Shown here: positions 13,626 through 28,809 of the stretch, piece after piece
How the letters are laid out: the number at the start of each line of letters is the position of its first letter
Position numbering within the stretch: position 1 is the first letter of the stretch
Assembly (NCBI GenBank): GCA_964016885.1
Contig: OZ024740.1
Coordinates: 402,070,001-402,134,000 of the forward strand
Reading direction: 5' to 3'
Origin: Eledone cirrhosa
Lineage: Eukaryota
DNA length: 64,000 bases
The notes under the pieces: generated by a model
Databases searched by the model: none
What the model was told of the DNA's origin: nothing
The model's input: only the letters and a program-made list of their open reading frames with translations
Translations under genes and position numbers: made by a program

Positions 13626-13688
<63 letters not shown>

Positions 13689-14349
13689 GCATGGATTTAT
13701 GTATAATTTGGGTTAACAACAAACACAATTGCATTAAGAATTAATTGTTTACTGATTTCTACCCTTCCATTGTTCCATGTTTATTACCATCCATATCTCA
13801 CCCAGAGGCAACTAGCCCGTCTTCAACAATTGCATCATATTTGCAAAGACTGGCCACACAATTATATATTTTTCTATATTGTTTATATAATATTGTAAAG
13901 TTGACTTAGTCACCATGTGGATTTTAAGGATTAATTCATATCATTTTAAACAGAGAGAATTCATGACATAAGAGTCGTTTCTATCAATATTCAATGAATA
14001 TAATATAATACATTTGATTTTCATACATTATTGATTGCATGACTACTAACTACTTGGGTAAATTGCTTTTCTAAATTGAGTAATTAATATGAATGATTGC
14101 TTTTGTATTTCTTTTGACAAAACCAGTACGGTTATGTGATTGTATATTCAAGTTGAGGCTTTAATATAAGGTGGCAGATAAGCGACCAAATATTTGAAGG
14201 TTATAAAGCAATACTTTCAGATAATGTCTGGTACTGATATTAAAGTAATATATACGTTGCCTGGAAACATGGAATAATAGACAATATGATCTGGCAGCTG
14301 AAATAGGTTGAAGTAAGCCTTGAGTTAATAAAGCTCTCGTGTGTGTGAA

Positions 14350-14382
<33 letters not shown>

Positions 14383-14535
14383 CGGGGGGAATTTGGAGAG
14401 AATGCGAAGGAAAAAGACGAACATGTACGTTACACCATTTAGTAAATTTCAAGAGTTTACTCTGACTTTGAATTCATTGATGAAGTAGATGATGGAAACA
14501 GTTTACATACATATGATGCAGCATTAATCATTCAA

Positions 14536-14718
14536 GGTGGATTGGCAGTATCGGTAGAGAGTCGGACACCATGCTTTGAAGAATAGAGTTACGTCCCTTT
14601 ATGATCTGAGTTCAAATCCCACCGAGGTTAAATTTGCATTTCATCCTTACGGGGTCGATAAAATAAAGTACCAGTAATGTACTGGTTAATTGCTGGCCTT
14701 GTGCCTAAAGTAGAAACA
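14536..14718 (+). mobile_element. tRNA-derived SINE, family A
   Basis: TGGCAGTATCGG A-box, GAGTTCAAATCC B-box and family core. Confidence 0.9.
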
Positions 14719-14929
14719 TAATTTTACCATTGACTTCACGATAAAGATAACATAAACACTACACCCAAAGAAGAAATTTCAAAAAGAAACAACTAAGTTG
14801 AGCTAATAGCAGAAGGTCAGGTTTAGCTGAGTTTTCAATATCTGCTTCTCCTCAATACAACTACAGTTTGCACTCCCCTTATCATCTCTCCATCCCTCTC
14901 TCTGTCGTATACGTATATATATATATATT

Positions 14930-15252
14930 TTAGAAAGTGAGGTTTTTTTACAAAATGAAAAATAACCGCGGTGTCCTACACGAGTGAAAATATAAAGAAA
15001 AAAGATGAAATCGAAAATGCAACTGGAGTCTTATTTTTTTTTTAAATATATATTTATTTGGTACCTTTACCGGTTTCGCAGTTGTTCTACTTTTCAAAAG
15101 TAGAGTTGAGATGGAGGGTCTGTGGTTTTTCTCACATCTGTTTTGAAAAGCAGAAGAACTGCGAAACGGGTAAAGGAACCAAATAAATATATATATATTT
15201 TTAAAAATAAGACTCCAGTTGCATTTTCGATTTCATCTTTTTTTTCTTTATA
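14930..15252. mobile_element. Fold-back element with GAAA-CCGG-TA hammerhead 3' half on the arms
   Basis: Inverted arms at about 14991-15100 and 15140-15252. A one-arm relative lies at 31207-31343. TA-flanked. Confidence 0.8.
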
Positions 15253-15299
15253 TATATATATATATATATATATCCTGGTGGACAATTAGTCCCACTAAT

Positions 15300-16330
15300 G
15301 TTAATGTTTTCGTTAAGGAGACCTATATGACTATTTAGACCTTGAGTTTAGTAACATAATGTCGTCTGCAAATTCCAGCTGACTGGAATAACAGTCAGGA
15401 AAACACTTCCATCACAGCTGGGCATGTCAATCCTGTTCATGTAAATAATGAAGAGGAGAGGTGACAGTACGCACCTTTGGCGAGTCCAACTCCGATTCCG
15501 ACTCCCATATTGAATGATCTATTTAGCAGCATTTATCCGAACACAAATACTTGGGCATTCGTACAGAAACATCAAGATAGCAAGAGCTGGCCATCAATCC
15601 CATACTCCTGCAGAGCGTTCCACAGGAGGTCCCGAGGAACGCGCTCATATGCCTTTTCAAGGATGACAAAACAAGTATGTACCTCTTGGCAATACTCACA
15701 CGATTTCTCGAAGACTTGCCGCCGTGTGAGTATTTAGCTAGCTGTGCTGAATTGGCGGCGAAAACCACGCTGTTCACCAGCTAGCTTCGACAATCTCCCC
15801 ACATCACTTTGCCAGTCACTTAGCATAGACTTTACCGGGAGGCTTAACAAGGAGATCTTCCTGCAATTGAACCAATCTCTCTGATCTCCTTTCTTTTAAA
15901 ATTGGGATTATGACTCCCGATTGCCATTGCATAGATCCCTTTCCAGTGACCCAATCCAATCGTCACACACGAATCAACCAGAGAATACCCTCTCTATTTA
16001 AGGCTTTTTACATCTCAGGACGGGTTGCATCTTCTACCGTGGCTTTGCCTCATTTGATCTCGTCAACTTCTCATGTGACCCCAGCCTCCGAGAGATTAGT
16101 CACCGCTTGCAGATGCACCTCCTGTACATCAGAATATGTTATTGTCATCGGGTTTAGGAGATCAGCAAAATATTCTCTCTACCTCGCGAGCATCCACCCC
16201 ACTGAAAAGAGTAGAACTCTCTACTCGTTGTTGATAGCAGGTCTAGTGGAGGGCTACTTATTACGAAGTCATCGGACCTGCCAGTTTTGTGGGCTTCTTT
16301 GGCTTTACATCCAGCACAGAATGAAAGAGA
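15300..16330 (-). mobile_element. Decayed RTE-clade LINE RT fragment
   Basis: Minus-strand remnants KKGD, ISLLSLPGKVY, EQRGFR, CFV.LEKAYERVPR, CVLSPLLFIIYMNRI and FADD. Confidence 0.85.
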
Positions 16331-16829
16331 TCAGAGACAATAAAAAAATCAGTTATTGATCTCTGTCCCTGATTCCCCTAATACCATGTATATTCATTAA
16401 TGTCTCTACATGTCAATACGATTAAATGGGACTGTGTGTATTTACATACAAACCGATGTGTAAAGAAAGAAAAGATAACAATAACAAATTGAAAACAACA
16501 GAAATCCCCAATTGTGGGGAGCGCACCACAAAATTAATTTTGGAACCCCAAATATGTACTCCAATCACCAAGAGCTTCATAAGACTGTGCCCTTTAGGCT
16601 TCAAGCACATGCTTAGAATAGGCCTCTTCTCTTGCGTCATTCTCGCTACATTCAGCCACTTTTTAACAAATATACTGGGAGGAAGCTAAGATTTCCATCT
16701 CCACTCTCAGCTTCCATTCCAAGTGGTACTTGAAAAGCTGATGTAGGCTTAACTAAAGAGGAATGTATCTATCTTCAGTCCTTTCACTTCACAACCTCTT
16801 TCAACATAGCCACTAGACAGATGAAAATC

Positions 16830-17560
16830 GCCTGCCTCTCCTATTCAAATGATAGCAGTGAGTTAGGGGTATTTTCATGTTGGAATCGGCAATGCATGGA
16901 CTTTGGAGGAGTGCATGTAGAACATTTTCATCGCTCTTTTTTATCGCTGACAGTCCCGTATGACAGCACTTCTGAATTAGATTCGTATCGGCATTGCCCT
17001 CTGCCAACATTGCTACAACAGGTGTTTCTGGAAATCATCCATATGCCCCAGGCCGAAATTCCTCCGAAAAGCACTGGCCAGTTCATTCTGTTCAGCACCG
17101 TGAAAGTCATCGAGAACTTCGTTGACCTTGCCTGACACTAATGCTCTACACAAGGCTAACGTGGCATTTCCACTGGCTGCATTGCACGATCGGTAGAGAA
17201 CTGGGAGCGCCCAGTGTCCGTATCTGTCTAAGAAACATTCTTCGGAATAACACATCTGACAAAGGGCGAGCAGGAACATTTGTTAATGCCGTAGCCTCAT
17301 CTCATATCTGGGCTTCGATAACAACGACAGGCGAACCTTCCACGCAAAAGGCATTTGCTGCAGTTAGACCGCCAGACCAACGAAATGCCTCGTTTCCACA
17401 AGAAGTGAAATAACAGACGCTCAAAACTGGGGAGACGAGAAATGAGGCAAGGGACGGCAGTCATGCTGTAAATATGCAAGTTCGGTGGAAAGAAACTCCT
17501 TATTGAAAATTACTTATAACTTTTGGCCCACTGTGACCAATTTGGAAAACATCAATAATC
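16830..17560 (-). mobile_element. Decayed Tx1-like ORF2 3' fragment
   Basis: MTAVPC..FERLLFHFLWKRG..LVWRS and MDDFQK match the motifs at 5255-5360 and 5753-5800. Confidence 0.7.
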
Positions 17561-17854
17561 ATGCATGATGGGGAGCGGGGGGGGGGGGGGGGCTCCTCAT
17601 TTTGCAGGACGTTGGCTGTATTGTCGAGGTCCTCATGAATGGCCAGCAAGAAGCTACGACTTAATGCAATGCAAGTTTTCATGTGGAGGTGGACGAAGGA
17701 AGAGGTTTATATCTCAAAACGCATGTACTGACTAACATACCGCCTGAGATCCTGATGAAGTTTAAAAAAAAAAAATTGTCGATCGACTTTTGTCAAATCG
17801 GACCAAGGGAACAATTTTTCTGTTGGTCTTTCCAATTGCGTTTCAGGTAGAAGG

Positions 17855-17971
17855 AACAACGTGAAATAAAATGTCTTGCTCAACGACATAACGCATCGCC
17901 GGTACCAGAAATCGAACCGGCAGCCTCACGATTGCGAATCCAGTTATCTAAACATTCAGCCACACGTCTTC
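17855..17971 (-). mobile_element. tRNA-derived SINE, family B (partial)
   Basis: CAACGTGAAATAAAATGTCTTGCTCAA plus a reverse-complement tRNA head (GGTTCGATT). Confidence 0.75.
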
Positions 17972-17991
17972 AATTGAAGGCAGGAGTAAGT

Positions 17992-18614
<623 letters not shown>

Positions 18615-18659
18615 TGAATAGATAGACAGATAGCTATGTATGTATATATAAATATATGT

Positions 18660-18707
<48 letters not shown>

Positions 18708-18724
18708 ATGTGTGTATGTGTGTG

Positions 18725-18766
<42 letters not shown>

Positions 18767-19073
18767 CATGTATATGTATATAAATTTAGTTATACTGGTT
18801 TTCACCAGTATCATTTCTTTTGATTTCTATTAATTCCTTAGGGAATTGTTTGACCAACTGCTTTTGTTAATTGCTATATTTGTTTGTATATTTTAACATT
18901 TGATTTCTTTCTCTAAGTCATTAGATACTTTCTTTTAAAGTCAAGTTTTTTTCATGGGCCTCCTAAAACTCAACCGTGGACCCCCAAAATTCGTATATGG
19001 ACGCCCATGGTCCACGTAGACTGCATTTGAGAACCACTGGTTTAAAACGAATTATCAATTTGTGATTGAATTC

Positions 19074-19232
19074 ATAATTGTTTCTACTTTTAGCACAAGT
19101 CCAGCAAATATCCAGTGCATTACTGGTACTTTATTTTATCGACCCCGTAAGGATGATAGGCAAGTTAACCTCGGCAGTATTTGAACTCACGCCGTAAAAG
19201 GACGTAACTCTATGCCACAAAGCATATTGTCC
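19074..19232 (-). mobile_element. tRNA-derived SINE, family A
   Basis: Reverse-complement family core TACTGGTACTTTATTTTATCGACCCCGTAAGGATGA. Confidence 0.88.
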
Positions 19233-19701
19233 ATTATAACTGTAATCATTACTTGGTTTGAGCATTTAAAATAAATATATGTTAAAATTTTGTCAATTTT
19301 TAATATTTCAAATAAAATTAAATCAATATTATATATTTAAAACATGTTAGACCCTATTTTGAATTTTAAGATCTCTAGAGGTAAAATATAAATTTTAAGA
19401 TTACTAGAGGTAAAAAAAAAAAATTAATTTGTAAATTTTGATCAAAATAGGTTTTTTTCTCTGTCAATTCTAGGCCATTTAGAAATAATTGGAAAAGAGT
19501 TTCTTTCAGAATGGACAGCCTCAATCTATTGGGAATGGTAGTACTGTTTATCGATCTTGAAAACGTCATTAAAAAAACTTCGTGAAGCCTTCTCGCTTTA
19601 GGTTGCTTAACAAAGACAACAGGGAAAGATGGTTGTGAAGTGTTCTTTAGTTAGATTACTTTCCTCGGATCTACCCGTTACTGATTTTGTATAAAATGTT
19701 C

Positions 19702-20073
<372 letters not shown>

Positions 20074-20127
20074 TAAAAAAATAATGAATAAAACAATGAA
20101 ACAGTTCCTTATATTAAACAAAAAAAG

Positions 20128-20281
20128 TTCATTATTTAACGATCGTTTCTAGGATATATATGTGTTAGAATTGGCATGCATATTCAACAGATCTATGTAC
20201 AAAATTATACAAAATTATACAAAATATCAAAATTAAATATACATACCAACACATATATATGCCGTCTTCAGAAATAATGAA
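20128..20281 (-). ncRNA. Type-I hammerhead ribozyme with greatly extended stem II
   Basis: The minus strand reads ttcattattt-CTGAAGA-(about 115 nt)-GAAA-CGATCG-TT^aaataatgaa, with a 10-bp stem I. Confidence 0.75.
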
Positions 20282-20875
20282 ATATATTTATTGATAATAA
20301 CAACAATTCAAAATTACAGGTCTGTTTGGGAACAGAGTTCAAATTGACCAATGAAAACACAAAAAGTTTATACAGTTAGGTGTGTGTATATATGTAAGTA
20401 ACTTCGTTCACAGATATGCATAAAAATATATGTTCACATGCATACGCATGCCGAAAAGATGTATGTAAATACAAAAATTCAGGGCTAATGTCTCTGTGTG
20501 TTTATAATCTACAGATAAAATACATATACGCATATAAACATATAAATATAAAAATAAATATATACACATTCATATATTCACACATATACATACATTCACA
20601 CACACACGCGCGTATACGCATAAACATACACACAACCACGAACATACATACACACACACACCCCCACACACATATATGTGTATATACTATTATCATAAGC
20701 ATATGGACATTAATGTGCGCACATAAACACTGCCACACATATTTAGATCCAGATACAGAAAGTAGGTGGGGGGGGGGGGAGAGGTCAGTATTTACTGGTG
20801 TCAGCAAACTGCCTATTTATAAATGTATCTATAAATTTAGAAATAAAAGGAAAAAGAAAAAAGAAAAATATTAAG

Positions 20876-20966
<91 letters not shown>

Positions 20967-20992
20967 AAGTAAAATATAAAATATACATCGAT

Positions 20993-21023
<31 letters not shown>

Positions 21024-21221
21024 CATACATATACATACACTTATACATAAACACATACATACACATACATATACATACACACACCATATATATACATATA
21101 CACATACACACACGCATACATATAGAGACACATACATATACACATATAAATACATAGACATATACATATATACACACATATATATATATACACACATACA
21201 TATATACATACATTCACAACG

Positions 21222-21286
<65 letters not shown>

Positions 21287-21339
21287 CTATACACATATAT
21301 AAACACACTCATGTATATACACATATACACATACATACC

Positions 21340-21395
<56 letters not shown>

Positions 21396-21459
21396 TACAC
21401 ACACACATATACACATACACATATACAAAGATATATATATATATACACACACATATATA

Positions 21460-21518
<59 letters not shown>

Positions 21519-21988
21519 TATATACATACATACACATACATACTCATACATAGACATACATATATACACACACACATACACACATACATATACGCATATA
21601 TACACATACATACACATCCCCGTATGCGTATACACATACAAACACAACCACACGCTCACACAACTCAGACATACATAAATAAAGGGATATACATACACAT
21701 ATATACATATATAAATAGAGATATATATACACATATAAATATATACACACATACACACATAAATATATACACACATACGTTAAATAATGAACTTTTTTTG
21801 TTTAATATAAGGAACTGTTTCATTGTTTTATTCATTATTTTTTAAATATTTTATCTTGACTCTGTATTCCGTTTATCTTTCACCGAAAGTGATTTTTCAT
21901 TGCATCTCTTCTTTCCATGATATCCGGATTACATTGAGTTCTTCATACGGATTGGACACTACCGTAAATTCTTGGTAGATTTATCTAC

Positions 21989-22020
<32 letters not shown>

Positions 22021-24539
22021 AAGTAATATATATATAAATGTGTTTGCGTACATATGCATATATATGTATGTTTGTCTGTGCTTGTGTGTATGGGTTTGGG
22101 TGTACATACACATAGCGACAGGCACACTCACCAATTATGTATATATTTCTACACCGAAACCAAGCATCACGTCGCTGGTGGTCCGTCGTGGTCTTAGGTT
22201 CGCAAACGCGTCTTTTTCAGAAATGTGTGACAAGCCACCGTGTTTAGTGAAGCGTGCGACACAACGACATCATGCCTTCTTTAACCTTAAACGTTTTCTT
22301 ACAAAAAGAAATAAACGACAACAACAACAAAAAAGTATATCATGAGATGCCAAAGTGTTAAAAAAATAATCTCGTGACTATAAAAATACATACACAAAAT
22401 ATATAACCCCACGAAAACACCCACAAAAGATAGGAAATGGATGTACGTGTAAACGTTTCATGATATCGGGTCGTAATCGGGGACGCTGTGTTTCGTTTAT
22501 TCATTTAATTATAATTTCTATAAAACAAGTCATCAATCAAAAAATGTACAGATAAGGTTTTTAAAGGGCATTTGCCAGCTGGTAGAAGGGGCCTAGGGGC
22601 GCACATCTTTCTACCTTCCTTTCTTTCCTTCTGTCTGTCTTTCTTTTTTCTTCACTTCATCACCCCTTCCTTTTCTCTTTGCTTTATTTGTTTATTTTGT
22701 ATTTCAGAATTAAAGGATTTTGGAAAGGAAAAGTGTGATGTGGGTATTTACAGATTCGACAGAATAAGTATGTTTCGGGTATATTCAATACTCTTTATCT
22801 CTAACAACAAGTCCTCTCAAATTCTGATATGAATGCAGACATACAAACAAAATTAAGTTAACAATTGACATTGTTTGCCTTGTCCCCAAAGGCGTTGTGA
22901 TACGGCGATCTACTGGTAATTAGGTTAGAATAGAGAGCATCACTCAAATGATGGATTATTTCTTCGATGAATAAAATCGTTGAATATAAAAAAGAAACAA
23001 ATAATCTAAACCATCAACAATAAAATAAACACAGCCAAAACCTCCACCATCTCTAGCATCACAGTAACAACCACAACAACGGGGGTGCATGGACTCACCG
23101 TTTTCATTCGAGATACTAGAAATAGCAGTCAAATTTCTCTTAAATCATGCCTTTACCGTCTGTAAATGAAAAGATGGACATATTGGATATAGCAGATTTG
23201 GGTTGAACTGTTTTAATAAAAACTGGATAATCATGGTCTATATGTTTTTCTTTTTATTATTAGATTAAACAACAATAACTTCAAACTTAACTAACATGTC
23301 AAAAAATGATTTTTTTGGCAATCAGCTCACCTACTAGAAATAGCAGTCAATTCTCCTGATTATCATTCCTATGCGTTTTAAATAAGGAAAGGACATATTA
23401 GGTAATATGGTTGTATATGTCCCTAAAAAGATGAGATGATCGTGGCTGCAATGTATCTATTCGAAGTTCAACCCAACTGACCCTAACCAGGGGTTAACGA
23501 ACAACAAAAGAATTATCTGCATCAGGCTTTTTTCTCATTATGTTCTTATTAAATGGTAGCGTATTTATTTGACATCATGTATATATTCAACTGCCTTATA
23601 TTTTGTCTTAGAGTGATTTAAACATCGTTGCTATCAGGGTTATATAACTCCGCTTCACTTACTTAGAGACAGAGGAACTTGCTCATGGACGACACATGAT
23701 GACAGTGATAGAACATGTATTGCTAGGGCCAGGGTTTTTTGATTTGCTTCTTATCAACGTAACTATTTTCATCCAAATTCTCTTCGCCATCAGAAAGCAA
23801 ATTATATCTATGAATGGAAGTTACAGCAAAACTAGGCATCGTTATATGTTTACATTTTAAACACAATGAAATAAGCAGATGTAAAAAGTATGTATGAGAG
23901 GGAATAAAAATTTGAGAAGTACCCCACGTAATAAAATACAATTGTCCGAAATAAATTATTTTGATATAGAGTGTTTTTTTTGTTTGTTTTTTAACCCATA
24001 GCGTTGAAAACATCTGGTGTTCTTGGTCTATGAACCACCATCCTACTCAGTGAGATCAGAATGGAGTTGGCCATGCACAATAAGTAGCCCCATGAGGTGA
24101 GGTGTGCTAGCTTTTTCAGTGCATCTACCTCACCAACCGGTATCGTGAGTCATTTACATGATTATTAAAAGATGTCACATTATATTTTATTATATATTCG
24201 AAACGATGTCTCAACCTAGACATACACTATTTCTATGCATCAAGATAAAGATCACGTCTTCCAAAGAAAGAGAAAGGTTTTCATTATAATTTCTGTACAC
24301 CGTTAACGAGAGCAACTTCACCTGCTAGAAACATCAACAATATCACACTCAGATCCCACAATAATATTTTTGAAAAAGCAAGATTAAATTGGACAATGGT
24401 GTTACTGATATACTTCAAAAACGAGACGATTCTGGCTGTAATTATTTTAGAGCTCATCTTGTTAATAAGACCATAAAGGACATTTTATTTATATTCCACA
24501 TCCTCAAAAAATGTGATGTCTCACGACTATCTATACACG

Positions 24540-24915
24540 GGGACGAGATAAAATATTAAACTAATTTCGTCACCCGGTTTTCATAATCTCTACAGAGTCG
24601 GAAACTATTTCAGCCCTGTGTAATTGTTGTCACATTAAAAGGAAACGCAGCCTTTATAACTTAGCTGGCACATTTGGGATGCAGTTGCTAAAACACACGG
24701 ATTGTGGACTTCAGACAAATGTAGGCATCTGAATTATTATCAGATGTGAGCCACAGTTTCCTCTTTCTCTCTACAGAGCCGGCTAATCTCCTCCTTGTCA
24801 ATATGATGTTTAATCACCTTCGTTATAAGGGCTTGCTCCAATACATCCAGTAGTATTCCCTCTGTGGCTTTTTTAAAGTTTCCTCTCTTTAGCCAGTTCC
24901 ATGTTTGAGGATCTC
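24540..24915 (-). mobile_element. R4/Dong LINE C-terminal fragment
   Basis: TWNWLKRGNFKKATEGILL..LEQALITKVIKHHIDK...ETVAHI. Confidence 0.75.
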
Positions 24916-26419
24916 TGAATTCTATTATTATTATTCTTTATTAGTTTTCCCCGTCATCACTATCACCATTATTATCATTGCACTCTTCGTTGTCCTACAT
25001 ACTTTATCATTCATTACATTCGTCACGAGAATATGATTTTGTTATTTACTCGCTTTTTCTTACTATCGATGAACGAGATACATTCAAATAAAATACATCT
25101 TACTTTATTCAGCATCATCACCATAATTATCAGTATGATTATCCTCTTGATGATCATCATAACCAACATGCTTAACATCAAAACATGAATATTTAACTAG
25201 ATTCTGTTAAAGCACTTTTCCTTCTTCAAACCCGCACCCTCACCTCATCAATCCGAACGCGCACACGTTCCCCTGTCAACATTATCTATTTTTGTCACTT
25301 TCTCACTAGTTCTCTCACACTCTTCTGTCAATGCCCCTCTCTTCCTCCGAAATTATCCCCCACCCCCATCAACAACAACTACCTATATCCCATAATCTCT
25401 TTACTCTCAAGTAAATAGCATTCGTTGTCGAAGAGAGATAATGGGATTAGGAATTAGTCTTATCAACTTTTGCAATAAACATCATTTGCTACCGAGCTTC
25501 TTTGTGTTTGCTCTAGAAAATTCGATATTACCTCAACCGAACACGCAGAATAAACCATCTATGAAATGTCATGTGTACAAATTACACCTGAGAACTAAGA
25601 TGTCGTCCATATATTTATCGCATTTGTTATATTTATTCTACATTTTTTTGCTCATATCTCATATTTTCGTTAGATTTTTGTACATTTTCATATATTTTGG
25701 TTAACACTGCTCTTCTTGTAGTTGCTGTTTTGCTGTTGCTTCTGTTGGCAATAATGAATAACGATAATATGAATGAAGACAAAGGCGATGTTATAACGAT
25801 GATAACGACAGCGTTGGTGACAACAAAGAGAAAGTGATGAGATATGTATGTATGTATGCATGTATGTATGTTTGTATCTATCTAGGTATGTATGTTTGTA
25901 TGTAAGTATTATGTATGTATGATTGAATGTATGTATATACATGTATATATGTATATATATGTATATATATGTATATATGCATTTATATATGTATGTATAT
26001 ACGTAGTTACATATGTATTTATGTTCTGGTTTTCATAAGTTTATAATTTTTTACCAATAGAGAGAGAGAGTCGGTTTCTAATATAGACACAAGACTCTCT
26101 CATTGGAATTTAGACATCAACTTGGTAGATATGTATGCATGTCTTCATGCGTGCGTGTGTGTGCAGGTAAAAATGTTATTGTATGTGTGCATATGGATAT
26201 TTTGAGTTGTATGTGTGCATGTGCATATGTTTTATATCTGTACATGAGTACATGCAGATATTACAAGCAGAATTTTTGGCAGGCTTTTCATACTTTTACT
26301 GCATTAGTGGATTGTACTTGTAATTTCATAACTTGTCACGTTCTGACTGGTTCTGTGAAGCCCATCAAGACTTTGCAGAGGCAGTTACTAATATATCCCA
26401 GTGCCAAAACAATCAAAGG

Positions 26420-27250
26420 TTTAAATCTGAAGGTATAGTCAGGGTGGAGTATCTGCTGATTTCTCATTAGTTCTGCATATATATTCTCTTTTTCGTTAAT
26501 CTTTAATATTATATTATCCGATATCATTATATCTGGTCTGTTACGCTTACATTCTATTAGGGCTTTGACTGGAACATTCCACTACTACTCTTTCATATTA
26601 TGTTTGCATATCTCTTCCACATTGCTGTAACTTTTAATATATTTATTGTCGGATTGCATTGTGTTTTGGCCACTACAGCATGCCTCATAGGTAGTTAGTG
26701 CCGTGATGGCATCTTTGGACAGCTGATTATGAACAGGGTGACATCTTCGGTGTTAATTCTGCAGAGTCTGCATTTGTTGCAACATGTAGCTGTTATGTCT
26801 GCATCCGTATCTCTTTTGTGAATCAGGTATTTTGTAATGGATTCCTGCTCTTGGCCTGCAAAAGCATATCCTTCAAAGTAAGAACCAATATAGTGGTTGA
26901 AGGTCCATGAAAGACAACTTTGCTCATCTATATTGCTCTCACTCTGGAGCCACCTGGCAATATATCCATGTATGATTGTTTGCTGATAAGCATGCAGTTT
27001 TTCATCCATGTATTCACTGTGGTATTACTGGGCAATTTATTTACCTCGGTGTGAGATTTTCATAATCATGCATCATGTATCTTTCAAGAATTTCCTTCCC
27101 AAATTTCAAGATATTACATCTTGGGGACTAATATTGACTGTGCTAATGTCAACCACCGCGATATATGTCCATCTCCCTTGAGAGCTTGCTGGTTGATAAG
27201 ATTCATCCAAAAGAATGTTAGAATTTTGTCTTATTTGGGAGTTTTCCTAC
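26420..27250 (-). mobile_element. R4/Dong-like LINE C-terminal fragment (second family)
   Basis: HGY..., SW...EGYAFAGQEQE..TK, CRLCRINTEDV..IISCP and MRH.VVAK. Confidence 0.75.
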
Positions 27251-28809
27251 CACAGGCTCAAGGGCGTCATCATTTATTTTGTATGTATATTTTGTAATGT
27301 AAGGGCAATAGTTTTTTTGGACTTCTTTTAGCCAAATAGCATCTTAGTTGAATTTTTTCTTTTCACCCCATATTTTTTCTCCAGAAGCAATCTATGTCTT
27401 TCTGGAATGCGGCCTCGGTGGCATTTCTTACTTACCCTTCATATCTCTATATTACTCATGTTAATTCCATTCTATAGTTTCCAAATATTTAGTGGTATCT
27501 GAATTCAATATGTTTTCAGCTACTCACCATTCTAATACCTATGTCAATTTAGTAAGATATAATATTTCTATTTTAAGTTTCATTATGTGGCAAAAGCTTC
27601 TATTCTATATGGGTTTTCCTCGTTTCATCGTTTCCACTGGGCATTTATGATATTTTAAATTGCATATAATTTATTCACTGTCATAACGATCGATAAAACT
27701 TTTGAAATCAAAATATACATGTTTCAATTTTGGCATCCGATTAGATTTGAATGTGTGTTATCATAACCATGCACATAGTGGAAATTGCCCAAGATTGTCA
27801 TTACAAATTCTGTCATGTTTTCATTGTCTTTATCGAGTTATTCCTTGAGTCACCTATCACATTTGCTGTTGCTACTTGTGATGTATTGATATTGATTTCT
27901 GCTGGCTACTTAAACCACCAATACTATCCAAGTATGAGATCATTCTTTTTTTTTGAATCGGCTCATGCTATTTTATCTGATTTGTAATATATGGAAAACA
28001 AATTTCATTTCAATGGGATTGTAAGTCAGAAAGTAGACAATCAAATCAAATACATTCAGTCCGGTACCCATTAGCTGCTGCTGTTGATAACACCATCAAC
28101 ATTATTATTTTTTTTCACTGCTCAGATGTAAACCGTTTGGAGACAAATCTACGTCTGTAATATTTCCAATGGAAATAATTGAATTCAGTTCTACAAGTCA
28201 ATGAATAGTCATTAAATTCGACAGTATTGTTATAATATATAATACCAAGTTATATCTACTTGCTGAAATAGAGGAAAAAACGTTACTTGCAATAAAACTT
28301 TTAGATTATACTATGGATGTTTTGCGTATGCCAACTATCGATTTTTCTTCTCTATAGTGTGCGCCTCCGCACTATGAGAAATACTGGTATAAATTAAAGA
28401 AAAGATTAACAATTATACCAGTAATTCTGATGGTGGGTAGTACACCCCACTGATAGAGCGTGGCAATATTTTGGTTGGGAGTGAGACTTCAGAATAATCT
28501 GTATATACTATGCTATATATTAAAATTTTTTCTGATCCTTGTGGGACGCACAAATAAATGTTTGGTAAATTCGACGTGGAGCGGGGAACAAAAAAAATTA
28601 AGTATCTCTGCTACTTGCACTGGTGTAGCTATTTTTATGATTGGTGTTAAGAATAAACTCGCCTTTATATTCTCCAAAGCCATGCTTTGGTATTGTTTAA
28701 TTCTACGGCAGATTTTATTTATCAGGAATCTAATGAAAGTCATTTTCTCCATATTTACCTGGTAATTATTGCAATTCGGATTATATAGAGTCCCATGTGT
28801 TCTTCGTTT

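Noticed and set aside
18950-19042. hAT-like terminus TTTGAGAACCACTG (similar at about 12517-12530)
   Set aside because: Only one end is convincing, with no matching TIR or TSD.
22150-22520. Locally CpG-richer segment as a promoter or first exon
   Set aside because: There is no supporting ORF, splice structure or repeat homology.
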